NCBI GenBank assembly: GCA_016703425.1
Contig: JADJCA010000011.1
Location: 250,050 to 314,049, forward strand
Direction: 5' to 3'
Source: Myxococcales bacterium
GTDB taxonomy: Bacteria > Myxococcota_A > Polyangia > Polyangiales > Polyangiaceae
Length of the DNA: 64,000 nt
In this document: in pieces, positions 42,427 through 51,715 of the stretch
How the letters are laid out: every line of letters starts with the position of its first letter
Position numbering within the stretch: position 1 is the stretch's first letter
Notes under the pieces: model-generated
What the model was told of the DNA's origin: nothing
Seen by the model: only the letters and a program-made list of their open reading frames with translations
The model's database searches: none
Position numbers and translations under genes: made by a program

Positions 42427-43863
42427 ATGAGGGCTTTCCGGCGCGCTGGAAGTTTCGCGCTCCTCGCCCTCGCGGGGGGCGCGTGTTCCGACGATGCGCC
42501 ACCCCGCGCCCAGTGGCTGCTGGTCCTTGATACGACGGCTCCGCTCGTCGACGACCTTCGTCGCGACGCGACCTTGTCGGCGGACTTGGCCGTCGACACC
42601 TTGCGCATCGACATCTTGGCCGCACGCCGCGATGGGCCGGCGGAGGTCACCGAGAGCCGCGTGATCGTCGCGCCAAGTCCCGAGAGCTTTCCCCTATCGC
42701 TCGGCATCGTGCCCGACGCCGACCACGGTGCATTGGTGCGCGTTCGCCTCTTCCGTGGCGCGCTCGCAGCGACGGGCCGTGGCCCCGCCGGCGAGACGGT
42801 GACGGACCCCTTTCCCGAAACGACGATCGATCGCCTGGTGCACCTCGGCTCCGCCACTGGCGTGCCCGTCGCGAAGGTGGTGCTCGACGCCGATTGTCTC
42901 GGTGTTCCGTCGAGCTTCGGCGAGGTTCGTCGCACTTGTCTCGACGGGGGAACGCGGAGCGGGGACCCCGCCGACGGCATTGTCGTCACAGCCGATGCGC
43001 CGCAAGCTCGGTTCGCGAGCGTGGTGCCCTTCGCCAGGGCCGCGCCTTGCGGTGGCGCGGCCCCCAAGGGCGCGGTGTGCGTCCCCGGTGGATTTACCGT
43101 CCTCGGGGACCGACGCCTCGAAGGCTTCTCCGAGGGCGGCATGGTCCCGCTTCGGCCGGTGCTCCTGAGCCCGTTCTTCCTCGACGAAACGGAGTTTACC
43201 GTCGGACGTTTTCGGGCGCTCGTGGCGAGCGGCAAACTAAAGACTGCGCCGCCCAAGACGCGGCTCAGTACGGACATTTTTCGTGCAGATTGCACATGGA
43301 CGGGCGCGGCCGACGGCAGCGCCGACGCGCTTCCGCTCAACTGCATCTCGGTGGCCTCGGCGGAGGCTGCCTGCGCCGCCGAAGGCGGCACCTTGCCCTC
43401 GGAGGCCGAGTGGGAGCACGCAGCTCGCGGGCGCGGAGAGCGGCGCAGCTATCCGTGGGGCGAGGAAGCTCCTTCTTGCTGCACGGCGAGCGTTTCGCGA
43501 GAAAACCCGGTTACAACCCTCGTGTTGTGCAAAGGACGAGGCCCAGAAGCGGCGGGGTCGCATCGGCCGACGGCGGGGTGCCCGGGCGGCGGTGATCTGT
43601 CGCGGGACGGGGTCTCCGACTTGGGCGGGAGCCTCGCGGAGGTGCTGCGCGACAAGTTCCGCCCCTACGAGAGCAATTGCCTCGGCCCCAGCGGAATCGC
43701 GCGCGATCCCGTCTGCGCAGATCCGGCTGCGCCCTTCCGCGTTCGCCGCGGCGGGGAGTGGTCGGCCGGGACGCTGATCGCCATGAGCGCGCTCCGTCAC
43801 GCGACGGTCGGGGACGGCGACAACGTGACGGGCTTTCGATGCCGCTATCCGGGGACGCCATGA
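42427..43863 (+). CDS. Lipoprotein with C-terminal FGE-sulfatase (SUMF1/EgtB/PvdO-type) domain
   Basis: ORF 42010..43863; ATG at 42427 gives lipobox ALLALAGGAC. The C-terminal half has FGE-sulfatase landmarks (PLNCISVASAEAACAAEGGTLPSEAEWEHAARG ... RVRRGGEWS). Confidence 0.6.
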   Translation: MRAFRRAGSFALLALAGGACSDDAPPRAQWLLVLDTTAPLVDDLRRDATLSADLAVDTLRIDILAARRDGPAEVTESRVIVAPSPESFPLSLGIVPDADHGALVRVRLFRGALAATGRGPAGETVTDPFPETTIDRLVHLGSATGVPVAKVVLDADCLGVPSSFGEVRRTCLDGGTRSGDPADGIVVTADAPQARFASVVPFARAAPCGGAAPKGAVCVPGGFTVLGDRRLEGFSEGGMVPLRPVLLSPFFLDETEFTVGRFRALVASGKLKTAPPKTRLSTDIFRADCTWTGAADGSADALPLNCISVASAEAACAAEGGTLPSEAEWEHAARGRGERRSYPWGEEAPSCCTASVSRENPVTTLVLCKGRGPEAAGSHRPTAGCPGGGDLSRDGVSDLGGSLAEVLRDKFRPYESNCLGPSGIARDPVCADPAAPFRVRRGGEWSAGTLIAMSALRHATVGDGDNVTGFRCRYPGTP

Positions 43864-45200
43864 CTGCCGCACGCATCGGCGCGGGCTTCATGCTCATCGC
43901 CTTAGGCGCCTGCGCCGTCGACGAGCCGGCTCGTAGTCAGTGGCGGGTGGCTGTATCGACGGACGCGCCCGTCCCGTTGTTGGCCGATCGCCTGCTCGTA
44001 GAGGTCTTGGACGACAAGGGTTCGCTCGCGTGCTCCGCATGCTCGCGGCTCTTCGGCGTAGCGCGCGAGACAACCTGGCCCGTCTCGTTTGGCGTCGTTC
44101 CCACGGGGCGAGAGCGCTTCGTCCGCGCGAGGCTCTACCGAGGCGCGCGCATCGGCGCGAACGGACTCCCGGAAGGGGCGATGCTCATCGACGGCCTTGG
44201 CGCGCTCGAGGCCCCACACGGCGTCACCGACGTCGCGCTACGACTCTCGATGCTGTGTTTTGGTCATGCGGCGGAGCCTACTCGCCCGGCAGCGTGCGAT
44301 CCGGCGACCGGTGCGACGACGCCGCCGCTCACGCTCAAGGGCGACGCGCCACTCGAGGTAGGCCAGGCGGCGATCGCTGTGGAGTCGGAGTGCGATGGGG
44401 TCCCGAGCGGCATGGCCTGCGTGAAGGGCGGGGTGTTCGTCCTCGGCGATTCGCGCACCGTTGGGAGCGTCGCGCCAACGACGCCCGAGCGCTTGGTGCG
44501 CATCGATGCGTTCGCGATGGACAAGGACGAGATGACGGTCCGTGAGGCGCGTTCGCTGCTCGCAAAGGTGGGCGGCGACGACCGGCCCGGCCGTCGCGGC
44601 GAAAACGTGTGCACGTTCACCACCGAGCCCAGCGACAACGACGAGCTCCCCCTCAATTGCGTCAGTCACGCGCTCGCAGGCGCGCTCTGCAACGCTCTAG
44701 GCAAGCGCCTACCCACGGAGGCTGAGTGGGAATACGCGGCCGGCAGTCGTGGCGAAGAGCGCGAAACCCCGTGGGGCGACATTGGCAGTGCGTGTTTCGA
44801 TGCCGTCCTCGCGCGCGGGCGCTCTCCCGCAGAAGGCGGGCCAAATCAGACTGACTCGACGTCGTGCCGCGTCGTACCTGGCGAGCCCACGCGCCCCTTC
44901 GGACCTGTACGAGGCGGCAGCGCGGGCGACGTGACGCGAGAGGGCCTTCGAAACCTTGGGGGCAACCTCACCGAGTGGGTCAGTGGCGCGCCAGCCCCCT
45001 ACGACGACGCCTGCTTCGGGCCAGCGGGTGCGCTGACGAACCCCGAGTGCAAGGCGCGCGATGAACAGAGGCTCGTCCGCGGCGGCCACTGGGCTCTTGC
45101 GCCGACGTTCTCCGCCACGACCTTCCGCGGAGTCCAACGCCGTGGCCTCGGAGACAGCTTCACCGGCGTGCGATGCGTCATGCCGTTCGGACGGAAGTAG
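43860..45200 (+). CDS. Paralogous lipoprotein with FGE-sulfatase domain
   Basis: ATGA overlap with the upstream paralog. Lipobox FMLIALGAC. Same C-terminal domain (LPLNCVSHALAGALCNALGKRLPTEAEWEYAAGSRG ... RLVRGGHW). Confidence 0.6.
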   Translation: MTAARIGAGFMLIALGACAVDEPARSQWRVAVSTDAPVPLLADRLLVEVLDDKGSLACSACSRLFGVARETTWPVSFGVVPTGRERFVRARLYRGARIGANGLPEGAMLIDGLGALEAPHGVTDVALRLSMLCFGHAAEPTRPAACDPATGATTPPLTLKGDAPLEVGQAAIAVESECDGVPSGMACVKGGVFVLGDSRTVGSVAPTTPERLVRIDAFAMDKDEMTVREARSLLAKVGGDDRPGRRGENVCTFTTEPSDNDELPLNCVSHALAGALCNALGKRLPTEAEWEYAAGSRGEERETPWGDIGSACFDAVLARGRSPAEGGPNQTDSTSCRVVPGEPTRPFGPVRGGSAGDVTREGLRNLGGNLTEWVSGAPAPYDDACFGPAGALTNPECKARDEQRLVRGGHWALAPTFSATTFRGVQRRGLGDSFTGVRCVMPFGRK

Positions 45201-45215
45201 GAGCCGGGGCCCCCC

Positions 45216-45764
45216 ATGTCGACGCCTCGTCCCTTTGATGCTCGGGCGCGCACCTGTCGCGCGGTGAGGACCTTCGCTGCCTGCGGCCTGGTGTTCGCCC
45301 AAGTCTCGCTGCTCTCATGCACCAAGCGAGGGCGCGAGGTGGAGGCCGGAGCGGCCCTCGCGCGGGCCGTTGCCGACGAGACACGCTACGCGCAAGAGGG
45401 CCGTCCGCGCGTGTTCTTGGCCGATGGCGCGCGAGCCGACTGCGAGCCGTTCCGGCGCTATGTCGCGACGTGCCCCGTCGTCCCCACCTGCGAAGCCGTT
45501 CGGAAGACGCACGAGGCGTTGACGCACAACGCCTGCGCAAACGAGCGTGGCGCGCTCTCTCGCGTGATGCCGTGCGGCACGGGCGCCGCGCCCAGCGAAT
45601 CCTATTGCACGACGGTAGCCTTCCCGTCCTGCCGTGCACTGTTGGGCAGCCGATGCGATCTACAAGTTGCGCTCTGCGAGGCTGACGACGGCCGACTCGC
45701 CACGGTTCGATGCGCCGGAGGGCGTTACGTGCCGTTGCCTCTGCGAGACGCAGGCGCAGAGTGA
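45216..45764 (+). CDS. Cys-rich small lipoprotein, unknown function
   Basis: Signal plus lipobox (LVFAQVSLLSC); about 17 Cys in 182 aa; contains one C-E-P-F-R (CxPxR) element. Confidence 0.35.
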   Translation: MSTPRPFDARARTCRAVRTFAACGLVFAQVSLLSCTKRGREVEAGAALARAVADETRYAQEGRPRVFLADGARADCEPFRRYVATCPVVPTCEAVRKTHEALTHNACANERGALSRVMPCGTGAAPSESYCTTVAFPSCRALLGSRCDLQVALCEADDGRLATVRCAGGRYVPLPLRDAGAE

Positions 45765-45828
45765 GCGGTTTCGGTTGGCGGCCGTCGGCGCAACAACCCG
45801 CGAGCCGTCGTCGATGTAGGCTAGCGAA

Positions 45829-46500
45829 ATGGCTTCACAGGTGCGCTCGCCGACGAAGCCGCTCCTTCGAGGAGTTTCGCACCAGGTCGCGTTCTTCGTC
45901 GCCGTGGTGGCCACGGCCTGGCTCGTGAGGGGCGCGCCTTCAGAACGAGCGGCCGCCGCGGCCCTCGTTTTCGGAACGAGCTTGGCGCTGCTGCTCGGCA
46001 CCAGCGCGCTCTATCACCGCATCGACTGGCAGCCGCAGGCCCGCGCGCGCATGCGCCGCCTCGACCACGCGGCCATTTTCATTCTTATCGCGGGCGGGTA
46101 CACGCCGCTCCTGTGGCTCGTGCCGTCGCCCGACCCGGGTGCGGGCGGGGGCAAGGGCGCCCTCCTCGCCGTTTGGCTCGGCGCTGCCGTGGGGGTCGTC
46201 AAGTCGATGGTGTGGAGCCAATCGCCCAAGTGGGTGACGGCGGCCATCAGCCTCGCCGTCGGCTGGATGGTCGTCGGCCCCGTCATCGACCGAGCGCCAG
46301 CGATGAGCGCGCTCTCCGTTGGATGCGTGGTCGCCAGCGGAGTTCTCTACAGCCTCGGCGCCGTCGTCTACGCCGCGAGGAGGCCCGACCCCGTCCCCCG
46401 GGTGTTCGGCTACCACGAGGTCTTCCATGCGCTCGTGGTGCTGGCGAGCGCGTGCCTCTTCGTTCACGTGACCCTCGTCGTCCGGGGCGGCGCGCGCTAA
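45829..46500 (+). CDS. Hemolysin III / PAQR-family 7-TM channel protein
   Basis: LRGVSHQVAFFVA ... YHRIDW ... MRRLDHAAIFILIAGGYTP ... EVFHALVVLAS matches the HlyIII/YqfA family. Confidence 0.6.
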   Translation: MASQVRSPTKPLLRGVSHQVAFFVAVVATAWLVRGAPSERAAAAALVFGTSLALLLGTSALYHRIDWQPQARARMRRLDHAAIFILIAGGYTPLLWLVPSPDPGAGGGKGALLAVWLGAAVGVVKSMVWSQSPKWVTAAISLAVGWMVVGPVIDRAPAMSALSVGCVVASGVLYSLGAVVYAARRPDPVPRVFGYHEVFHALVVLASACLFVHVTLVVRGGAR

Positions 46501-46562
46501 GTGACGTCGCCGAGGCGGCGCCGGCTCACCCAAACTTTCTGGGCCGCGTCGGTCTAAGCGAC

Positions 46563-47099
46563 GTGTGGCTCTTGCTCTTCGCCCTCATGGCCTCGGCGCC
46601 GCTCAAGGCGCCCGGCCTACACAGCCCGATGCCCGGGGGCACGCTCGCGGGCTACCCCGGCGACACGGGCTTGGACATCGGCGGTCACTTCCTGTCGGTG
46701 CACGCCATCGCCAGCGGAACCCTCGAGTACTCGGAGCGCGGCCACACGTTGTGGACTAGAGCGCCCGACACGCCACACAGCGTCCGTCTACGGCTCGATG
46801 AACCGATCCCGTGGACGGATCGCCGAGATCCGAAACGCCCGCGCCAGCGCGCCGTCACTCACGTGTACTACACACACATGTCGACGCTGCGCTTCGCGGT
46901 GCCGGAAGGCAGCGAATCCTCGGTCCACGTCAGCGGCGGTGAGTGGCTCGGCCGTTCGGGGATCGGCAACGGCGTTCCTCACTTGCACATCGGCCTTCTG
47001 CTCGACGGAGACGTGTCGCAGTCGTCGTGGGAGTTCATCCTGCGCGAAGGCGAGGTGCGAGCGGTTCTCGGCAGCTACCGGAACGGCGCGCGCCTCTGA
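46563..47099 (+). CDS. M23-family peptidase-like small protein
   Basis: ORF 46113..47099 overlaps the hlyIII gene in another frame, so the start was placed at GTG 46563. C-terminal HVYYTHMS...GEWLGRSGIGNGVPHLHIGLL fits the M23 Y-x-H ... PHLH motif; an upstream GYPGDTGLDIGG fits HxxxD imperfectly. Confidence 0.4.
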   Translation: MWLLLFALMASAPLKAPGLHSPMPGGTLAGYPGDTGLDIGGHFLSVHAIASGTLEYSERGHTLWTRAPDTPHSVRLRLDEPIPWTDRRDPKRPRQRAVTHVYYTHMSTLRFAVPEGSESSVHVSGGEWLGRSGIGNGVPHLHIGLLLDGDVSQSSWEFILREGEVRAVLGSYRNGARL

Positions 47100-47156
47100 G
47101 GCGCGAAGGGCGTCGAAGGAGTCACCGACGCGGCCAAATCGGCCTAGCGTGGCGGC

Positions 47157-47795
47157 ATGGGCGATCGACACGCATATTGGGACGCCGTCTACTCCAAGAA
47201 GAGCCCGACCGAGGTCAGCTGGTACGAAGCGTCGCCGACGCGGTCCCTTGAGCTCATCAAGCGCGCTGGGCTCCCGCCAAGCGCGCCCATCATCGACATC
47301 GGGGGCGGTGCATCGACGCTGGTCGACGAGCTCTTGGCGCGTGGGCATCTTGACGTCACCGTGGTGGATGCAGCCCAGAGGGCGCTCGACATTGTGGCCC
47401 AACGCACGCGAGACCTGCGACCGAAGGGCAGCGCCGTGCACCTCGAAGTCGCTGACGTCACGGCCTTCGAGCCGCGGCGACGCTTCTCGCTTTGGCACGA
47501 TCGCGCGGTCTTCCACTTCTTGACGACCGCCGCCGATCAGGCGGCTTACCGACGCGTCCTTCTCGCGGCGCTCGCCGACGACGGCACGGCGGTGCTCATG
47601 ACGTTCGCCGAAGGTGGCCCCGAGACATGCAGCGGCCTGCCCGTCACACGATGGTCTGAGGCCGCGCTCGCCGCGTTCTTTGCGCCCGAGCTGTCCCTCA
47701 TCGAAAGCGGACGCGACGTGCACACGACACCGTGGGGCGCGCTCCAGGCCTTCACTTGGGTTCGCCTCGCGCGCCGGGCGGTTCACATGCCGTAG
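47157..47795 (+). CDS. Class I SAM-dependent methyltransferase
   Basis: Motif I IIDIGGGASTLVDELLARGH, acidic motif II VTVVDAAQ, motif III AVLMTFAEG; 212 aa. Confidence 0.6.
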   Translation: MGDRHAYWDAVYSKKSPTEVSWYEASPTRSLELIKRAGLPPSAPIIDIGGGASTLVDELLARGHLDVTVVDAAQRALDIVAQRTRDLRPKGSAVHLEVADVTAFEPRRRFSLWHDRAVFHFLTTAADQAAYRRVLLAALADDGTAVLMTFAEGGPETCSGLPVTRWSEAALAAFFAPELSLIESGRDVHTTPWGALQAFTWVRLARRAVHMP

Positions 47796-49408
47796 GGGTT
47801 CGGGTGAAGCTCGGGCCGCGGCGCCGGGGCTTCCGTCTTCGCGGGCTCCGGCGCGCGCTCCGGCTTCGCCTCCGCTTGCGGGTGCGGCGCGGGCTTCCCC
47901 TTGGGGCGGCCGCGCAAGACTTGTCGGCCTCCGGCAAAAGGCGCCGGCGTCGGACGAGGTGTCGCGATGACGGTGGGCTCCGCTTGTGCCGCGGCGGGGG
48001 CGGCCGGGGCCGGCGACGCATGGCCAGCACCAAACGGCAGCGCCTCGAGCACGGGCGTCGGCGGTGGGGCCGGCGGCGCCGGGGCGGCGATGGCCGTGGC
48101 CGCCGTCACCGGTGCCGAGGTCCCCGAGAGCACGAAGGGAATCGCCATCAGACCGAACATACCCACCGCGACGAGCGCCGCGAGCGCGACGCCGCGCTTC
48201 GGTCGACGGATCTTCTTGGCCGTCGCGAGCGAAGCTGCCGAGAGATCATCGAAGGGCAAGAGCGAGTCGGTCGTCGTGATGATCGGATCGATGGGCAGGC
48301 CGATGGGAATGAGGCTCGGCTCCGTCGCCGGCGCGTCGTCGGCCGTCAGCACGAACTCCGCCATCTGCGGCATGGGAACGATCGGCGGCAGCGTCAGCGT
48401 GTGCGCTTCGCCGTCGAGGCGCCCCGACGGCAATGGCGTCGAGCGGACGAGCGCAGGGCCCGAGGTCACCGCCGGCGTTGCCGTCGGCATTTGATTGACG
48501 ACCGCCGCGAGCCTTGGCGACGCGAAGGGCGCGAAGGCGCGCGCTAACTCGGCAGCGGACTGGTACCGCTCGTGCGGCTCGCGCGCGAGGCAACGATTGA
48601 TGATCGCCTCCACCGTCGGCGGGAGATCGGGGCGCACCTTGCTGAGGGGCGCGAAGCGGCGCTCGAGGACCGCGCAGAACACTTCACCGACCGATTGGCC
48701 GTCGAAGGGCAGGCGACCCGCGAGCAGCTGGTAGGCCACGATCCCCATCGACCAGATGTCCGTGCGGTGGTCCACCGAGCGCGCGTCACGAATGTGCTCG
48801 GGTGACATGTACGGAGGTGATCCGAGCATGCCGTCGCGCGACGTGGTGAGCGTGTGCTCAAACTCTTCTTGGCCACGCGCCTTCGAGATTCCGAAATCCA
48901 AGACCTTGAGCGTGTGACTACCGTCGGGGTTCGCGTGGTCGAAGAGGTTCGACGGCTTCACGTCGCGATGCACGACGCCGACTTGATGCGAGCACGCCAG
49001 CGCGTCACAGGCTTGAACGACGCAATCGGCGACGTCGCGGAGCCCGAGGGGCCCTTCGGCGCGGAGCCGCTTGCCGAAGTCCCGACCGCGGAGGCGCTCC
49101 ATCACGATGAAGGGTGTCTCTTCTTCCGGCGAGCTGACGGCGATGACCTTGACGACGTGCGTGCTGTTGATGCGGGAGACGGCGCGCGCCTCGCGGAAGA
49201 AGCGCTCGACCCAAACACGCTCCGACGGCGGCGAGAGGAGCAGCTTGATGGCGACGGCGCGGCCTGCCTCGTCGCGGGCCGCCACGACCCGTCCCATGCC
49301 CCCCGTACCGATGACACCCTCGACCTGATAACGACCCGCGATGAGCTCCCCGTCGCGCGGGGCGCTGGGATCGTGGCGTTCGTTACGGGCTTCGGCGAGC
49401 GATCTCAT
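47783..49408 (-). CDS. Ser/Thr protein kinase with Pro/Ala-rich C-terminal region
   Basis: GTGGMGRVV; AVAIKLL; HRDVKPSNLF; DFGISK; GSPPYMSPE. The C-terminal 230 aa are low complexity with one TM-like stretch. Confidence 0.75.
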   Translation of the reverse strand: MRSLAEARNERHDPSAPRDGELIAGRYQVEGVIGTGGMGRVVAARDEAGRAVAIKLLLSPPSERVWVERFFREARAVSRINSTHVVKVIAVSSPEEETPFIVMERLRGRDFGKRLRAEGPLGLRDVADCVVQACDALACSHQVGVVHRDVKPSNLFDHANPDGSHTLKVLDFGISKARGQEEFEHTLTTSRDGMLGSPPYMSPEHIRDARSVDHRTDIWSMGIVAYQLLAGRLPFDGQSVGEVFCAVLERRFAPLSKVRPDLPPTVEAIINRCLAREPHERYQSAAELARAFAPFASPRLAAVVNQMPTATPAVTSGPALVRSTPLPSGRLDGEAHTLTLPPIVPMPQMAEFVLTADDAPATEPSLIPIGLPIDPIITTTDSLLPFDDLSAASLATAKKIRRPKRGVALAALVAVGMFGLMAIPFVLSGTSAPVTAATAIAAPAPPAPPPTPVLEALPFGAGHASPAPAAPAAAQAEPTVIATPRPTPAPFAGGRQVLRGRPKGKPAPHPQAEAKPERAPEPAKTEAPAPRPELHPNPYGM

Positions 49409-49667
49409 GCGGGGGCGTAGACTCCTTCAAGCAACCGAGATGCCACGACGTCGGTCGCCAGGACCTCGATCCGAGGGCGGTTTTCTATTGTCTCCCAAGC
49501 GTGACGCGCCGTCGCGCCGCGTGCATGGAGAACCATCTATCCATGTACGACAATGGCGACTTTGTGCGCGAATATCTGCGAGATAGCCGCCTCGCGCTGT
49601 GGCCTAGGCGTTCACAACCGCCGTCTCCGAGCGCGCTTGCGACGTCTGCGAACCGTCGCGACCAGCC

Positions 49668-51068
49668 TTACATGCCGCCGGGCGGCGGCATGGTGCCGCC
49701 GGGCGGCGGATCGCTGGGACGAAGGCGCGCCATCATCCGGTAGAAGCTCGGGCGCGCGACGCCAGCGAGCTCGGCAGCGCGCGACATCACGCCGCTCGCG
49801 CGCTCAAGGACGCGCGGCAAGTACTGCTCTTCGAAGCGGTCGAGGACGATCTTCCGAGCCTCGTGGTAGGTGAGCGACGCGAGGTCGTCGTCAGCCGAGC
49901 GCGCGACAGCGCTCGCACGGTCGAAGAGTCCGCGCTCGCTGCCGAAGACCGCGTAACGCTCGACAACGTTGCGCAGCTCGCGGACGTTGCCGGGCCAAGG
50001 ATAGGCCGCGAGCATCGAGGAGAAGTCCGCGGGGAAGTCGGCGTTGGGGTCGCCCCGCAACGCGCGCAAGATGACGCGCGCGATGGGCAGGATGTCTTCT
50101 GTGCGGTCGCGAAGCGGCGGCACGGTGACGCGGGCCACGGCCAAGCGATAGTAGAGGTCGGTGCGGAACTCGCCGGTGCGCGCGCCTTCGGCGAGGCGCC
50201 GATTGGTGGCGGCGATGACGCGCACGTTCACGGGCTTCGGCGCGCGCGCGCCAACGCGACGAATCTCGCGCTGCTCAAGCGCGCGAAGGAGCTTGGGCTG
50301 GAGGTCGAGCGGCAATTCGCCGATTTCATCGAGAAAGATGGTGCCGCCGTCGGCTTCTTCGAACATGCCGCGGCGCGATTCCGTCGCGCCCGTGAAGGCG
50401 CCGCGCTCGTGACCGAAGAGCTCGCTCTCGACGAGGTTTGCCGGGATGGCGCCACAGTCCACAACGACGAACGGACCGTCATAGCGGGGCGAACGCTGGT
50501 GAATGCCGCGGGCGAGGAGGTCTTTTCCAACGCCGCTCTCACCTTCGATGAGCACCGTGAGGTCGGAGCCGGCGATGCGCTCAAGGTTGGCGAACATGTG
50601 CCGCATGACCGTCGACGAGCCGATGGCGTCGCCGAAGCGGTCGGCCTCGCTGAGCGGGAGCTCGATGGACTCCGGTTCGATCGAGATCTGGATGGTCGTG
50701 CCGCCGATGGTGATGGCGGTGTCTTGCGACAGCGTGGCGTCGCGCACCCGCATGCCGCCGATGTACGTGCCGTTCTTGCTCGTGTCCTGGAGCCGCGCGC
50801 CGCTCAAGTCGAGCAGGATGCGCAGGTGCTCACGCGACACGCCGGGATCGGAGATCCGAAGGTCGGCGGTTTGGCCCGAGCCGATGATGAAAAGGGGCCG
50901 GTCGACGCGCGCCGTGATCCCTTGTTCGGAGCCTTTGAGGATGCGAAGCGAGACGGCGCGCACTCGAAATGCGCTGGCGCTCGCCGCCACGGTTTGGGTC
51001 AACTCGGAGACGGGAGGCACGTCGGAAGTGTGCACTTTTTCTTCAGCCATAGCCAAACGCTCTTTCAT
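49668..51068 (-). CDS. FHA-domain sigma-54-dependent transcriptional activator (bacterial enhancer-binding protein)
   Basis: N-terminal FHA ([25 protein letters not shown]...[10 protein letters not shown]). AAA+ sigma-54 interaction domain ([15 protein letters not shown]; [15 protein letters not shown], the GAFTGA motif). C-terminal Fis-type HTH. Confidence 0.75.
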   Translation of the reverse strand: MKERLAMAEEKVHTSDVPPVSELTQTVAASASAFRVRAVSLRILKGSEQGITARVDRPLFIIGSGQTADLRISDPGVSREHLRILLDLSGARLQDTSKNGTYIGGMRVRDATLSQDTAITIGGTTIQISIEPESIELPLSEADRFGDAIGSSTVMRHMFANLERIAGSDLTVLIEGESGVGKDLLARGIHQRSPRYDGPFVVVDCGAIPANLVESELFGHERGAFTGATESRRGMFEEADGGTIFLDEIGELPLDLQPKLLRALEQREIRRVGARAPKPVNVRVIAATNRRLAEGARTGEFRTDLYYRLAVARVTVPPLRDRTEDILPIARVILRALRGDPNADFPADFSSMLAAYPWPGNVRELRNVVERYAVFGSERGLFDRASAVARSADDDLASLTYHEARKIVLDRFEEQYLPRVLERASGVMSRAAELAGVARPSFYRMMARLRPSDPPPGGTMPPPGGM

Positions 51069-51119
51069 GGCACCCCGAAAAAAGACGTCGCGCTGCTGCC
51101 GGGGCTGCTACCGGGCCTG

Positions 51120-51584
51120 CTACCGGGCGAGCCGGTACGCGTCGCAGTCGGCCTTGTGAGCCCCGTAGCTGGGCCAGCTTCGAAAGGCCGACATTTGGTA
51201 CACGGCGAACGCGCATTTGGCGTTCTCGGCCGCGTCGTAGAGCCGCTCGACCTTCGTTGGGCATCCCGGCGTGTTGGCCACGTGCACGCTGTTGATGAGG
51301 AAGAGGCCGACGTCCCAGGTTCCGTTGGGCCGGCGCCGCGCCGCCAAGTCGTTGAGACCCGACTCGTATTGGCCGATGCAGACCATGCGTGGGATCGTCG
51401 CCGCTGGAAAGCCAGCCTTCGCCAAGAGGTTCGCCACCGCCGCGTCGCTCAACGTTCGTTCATCGGAGAGCGCCTCGCTCGTGGTGCCGGTCTCGTGTTC
51501 GACGCTTGGCGAGCAGGCGCCAAGCACCAAGACGGCGAAGGGCGCCAACTGAGCGGCGAGCGGGCGAGTCATGGGAACCTGCAC
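51120..51584 (-). CDS. Lysozyme-like (GH22/GH23-superfamily) lipoprotein
   Basis: Lipobox LVLGACS. MVCIGQYESGLND...NGTWDVGLFLINS aligns with C-type lysozyme WVCAAKFESNFNT...DGSTDYGILQINS, including the catalytic Glu and Asp positions. Confidence 0.5.
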   Translation of the reverse strand: MQVPMTRPLAAQLAPFAVLVLGACSPSVEHETGTTSEALSDERTLSDAAVANLLAKAGFPAATIPRMVCIGQYESGLNDLAARRRPNGTWDVGLFLINSVHVANTPGCPTKVERLYDAAENAKCAFAVYQMSAFRSWPSYGAHKADCDAYRLAR

Positions 51585-51715
51585 CTATCGGTGCAACGAG
51601 TGGACCATGCGCCCGCCCTCGCGGCGGCCGTCCGGCGCTCGAATTCCGCGCTCGGAGCGGCGTCGATGGACCGCGGGGGGCCCACCTTGTCGCCGCCTCG
51701 CGACGCTTGGTTCGC

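Noticed and set aside
46113-46562. Upstream 150 codons of the M23-like ORF overlapping the hemolysin III gene
   Set aside because: It overlaps a confidently assigned 7-TM gene in another frame and is Arg/Gly-rich junk. The start was moved to 46563.
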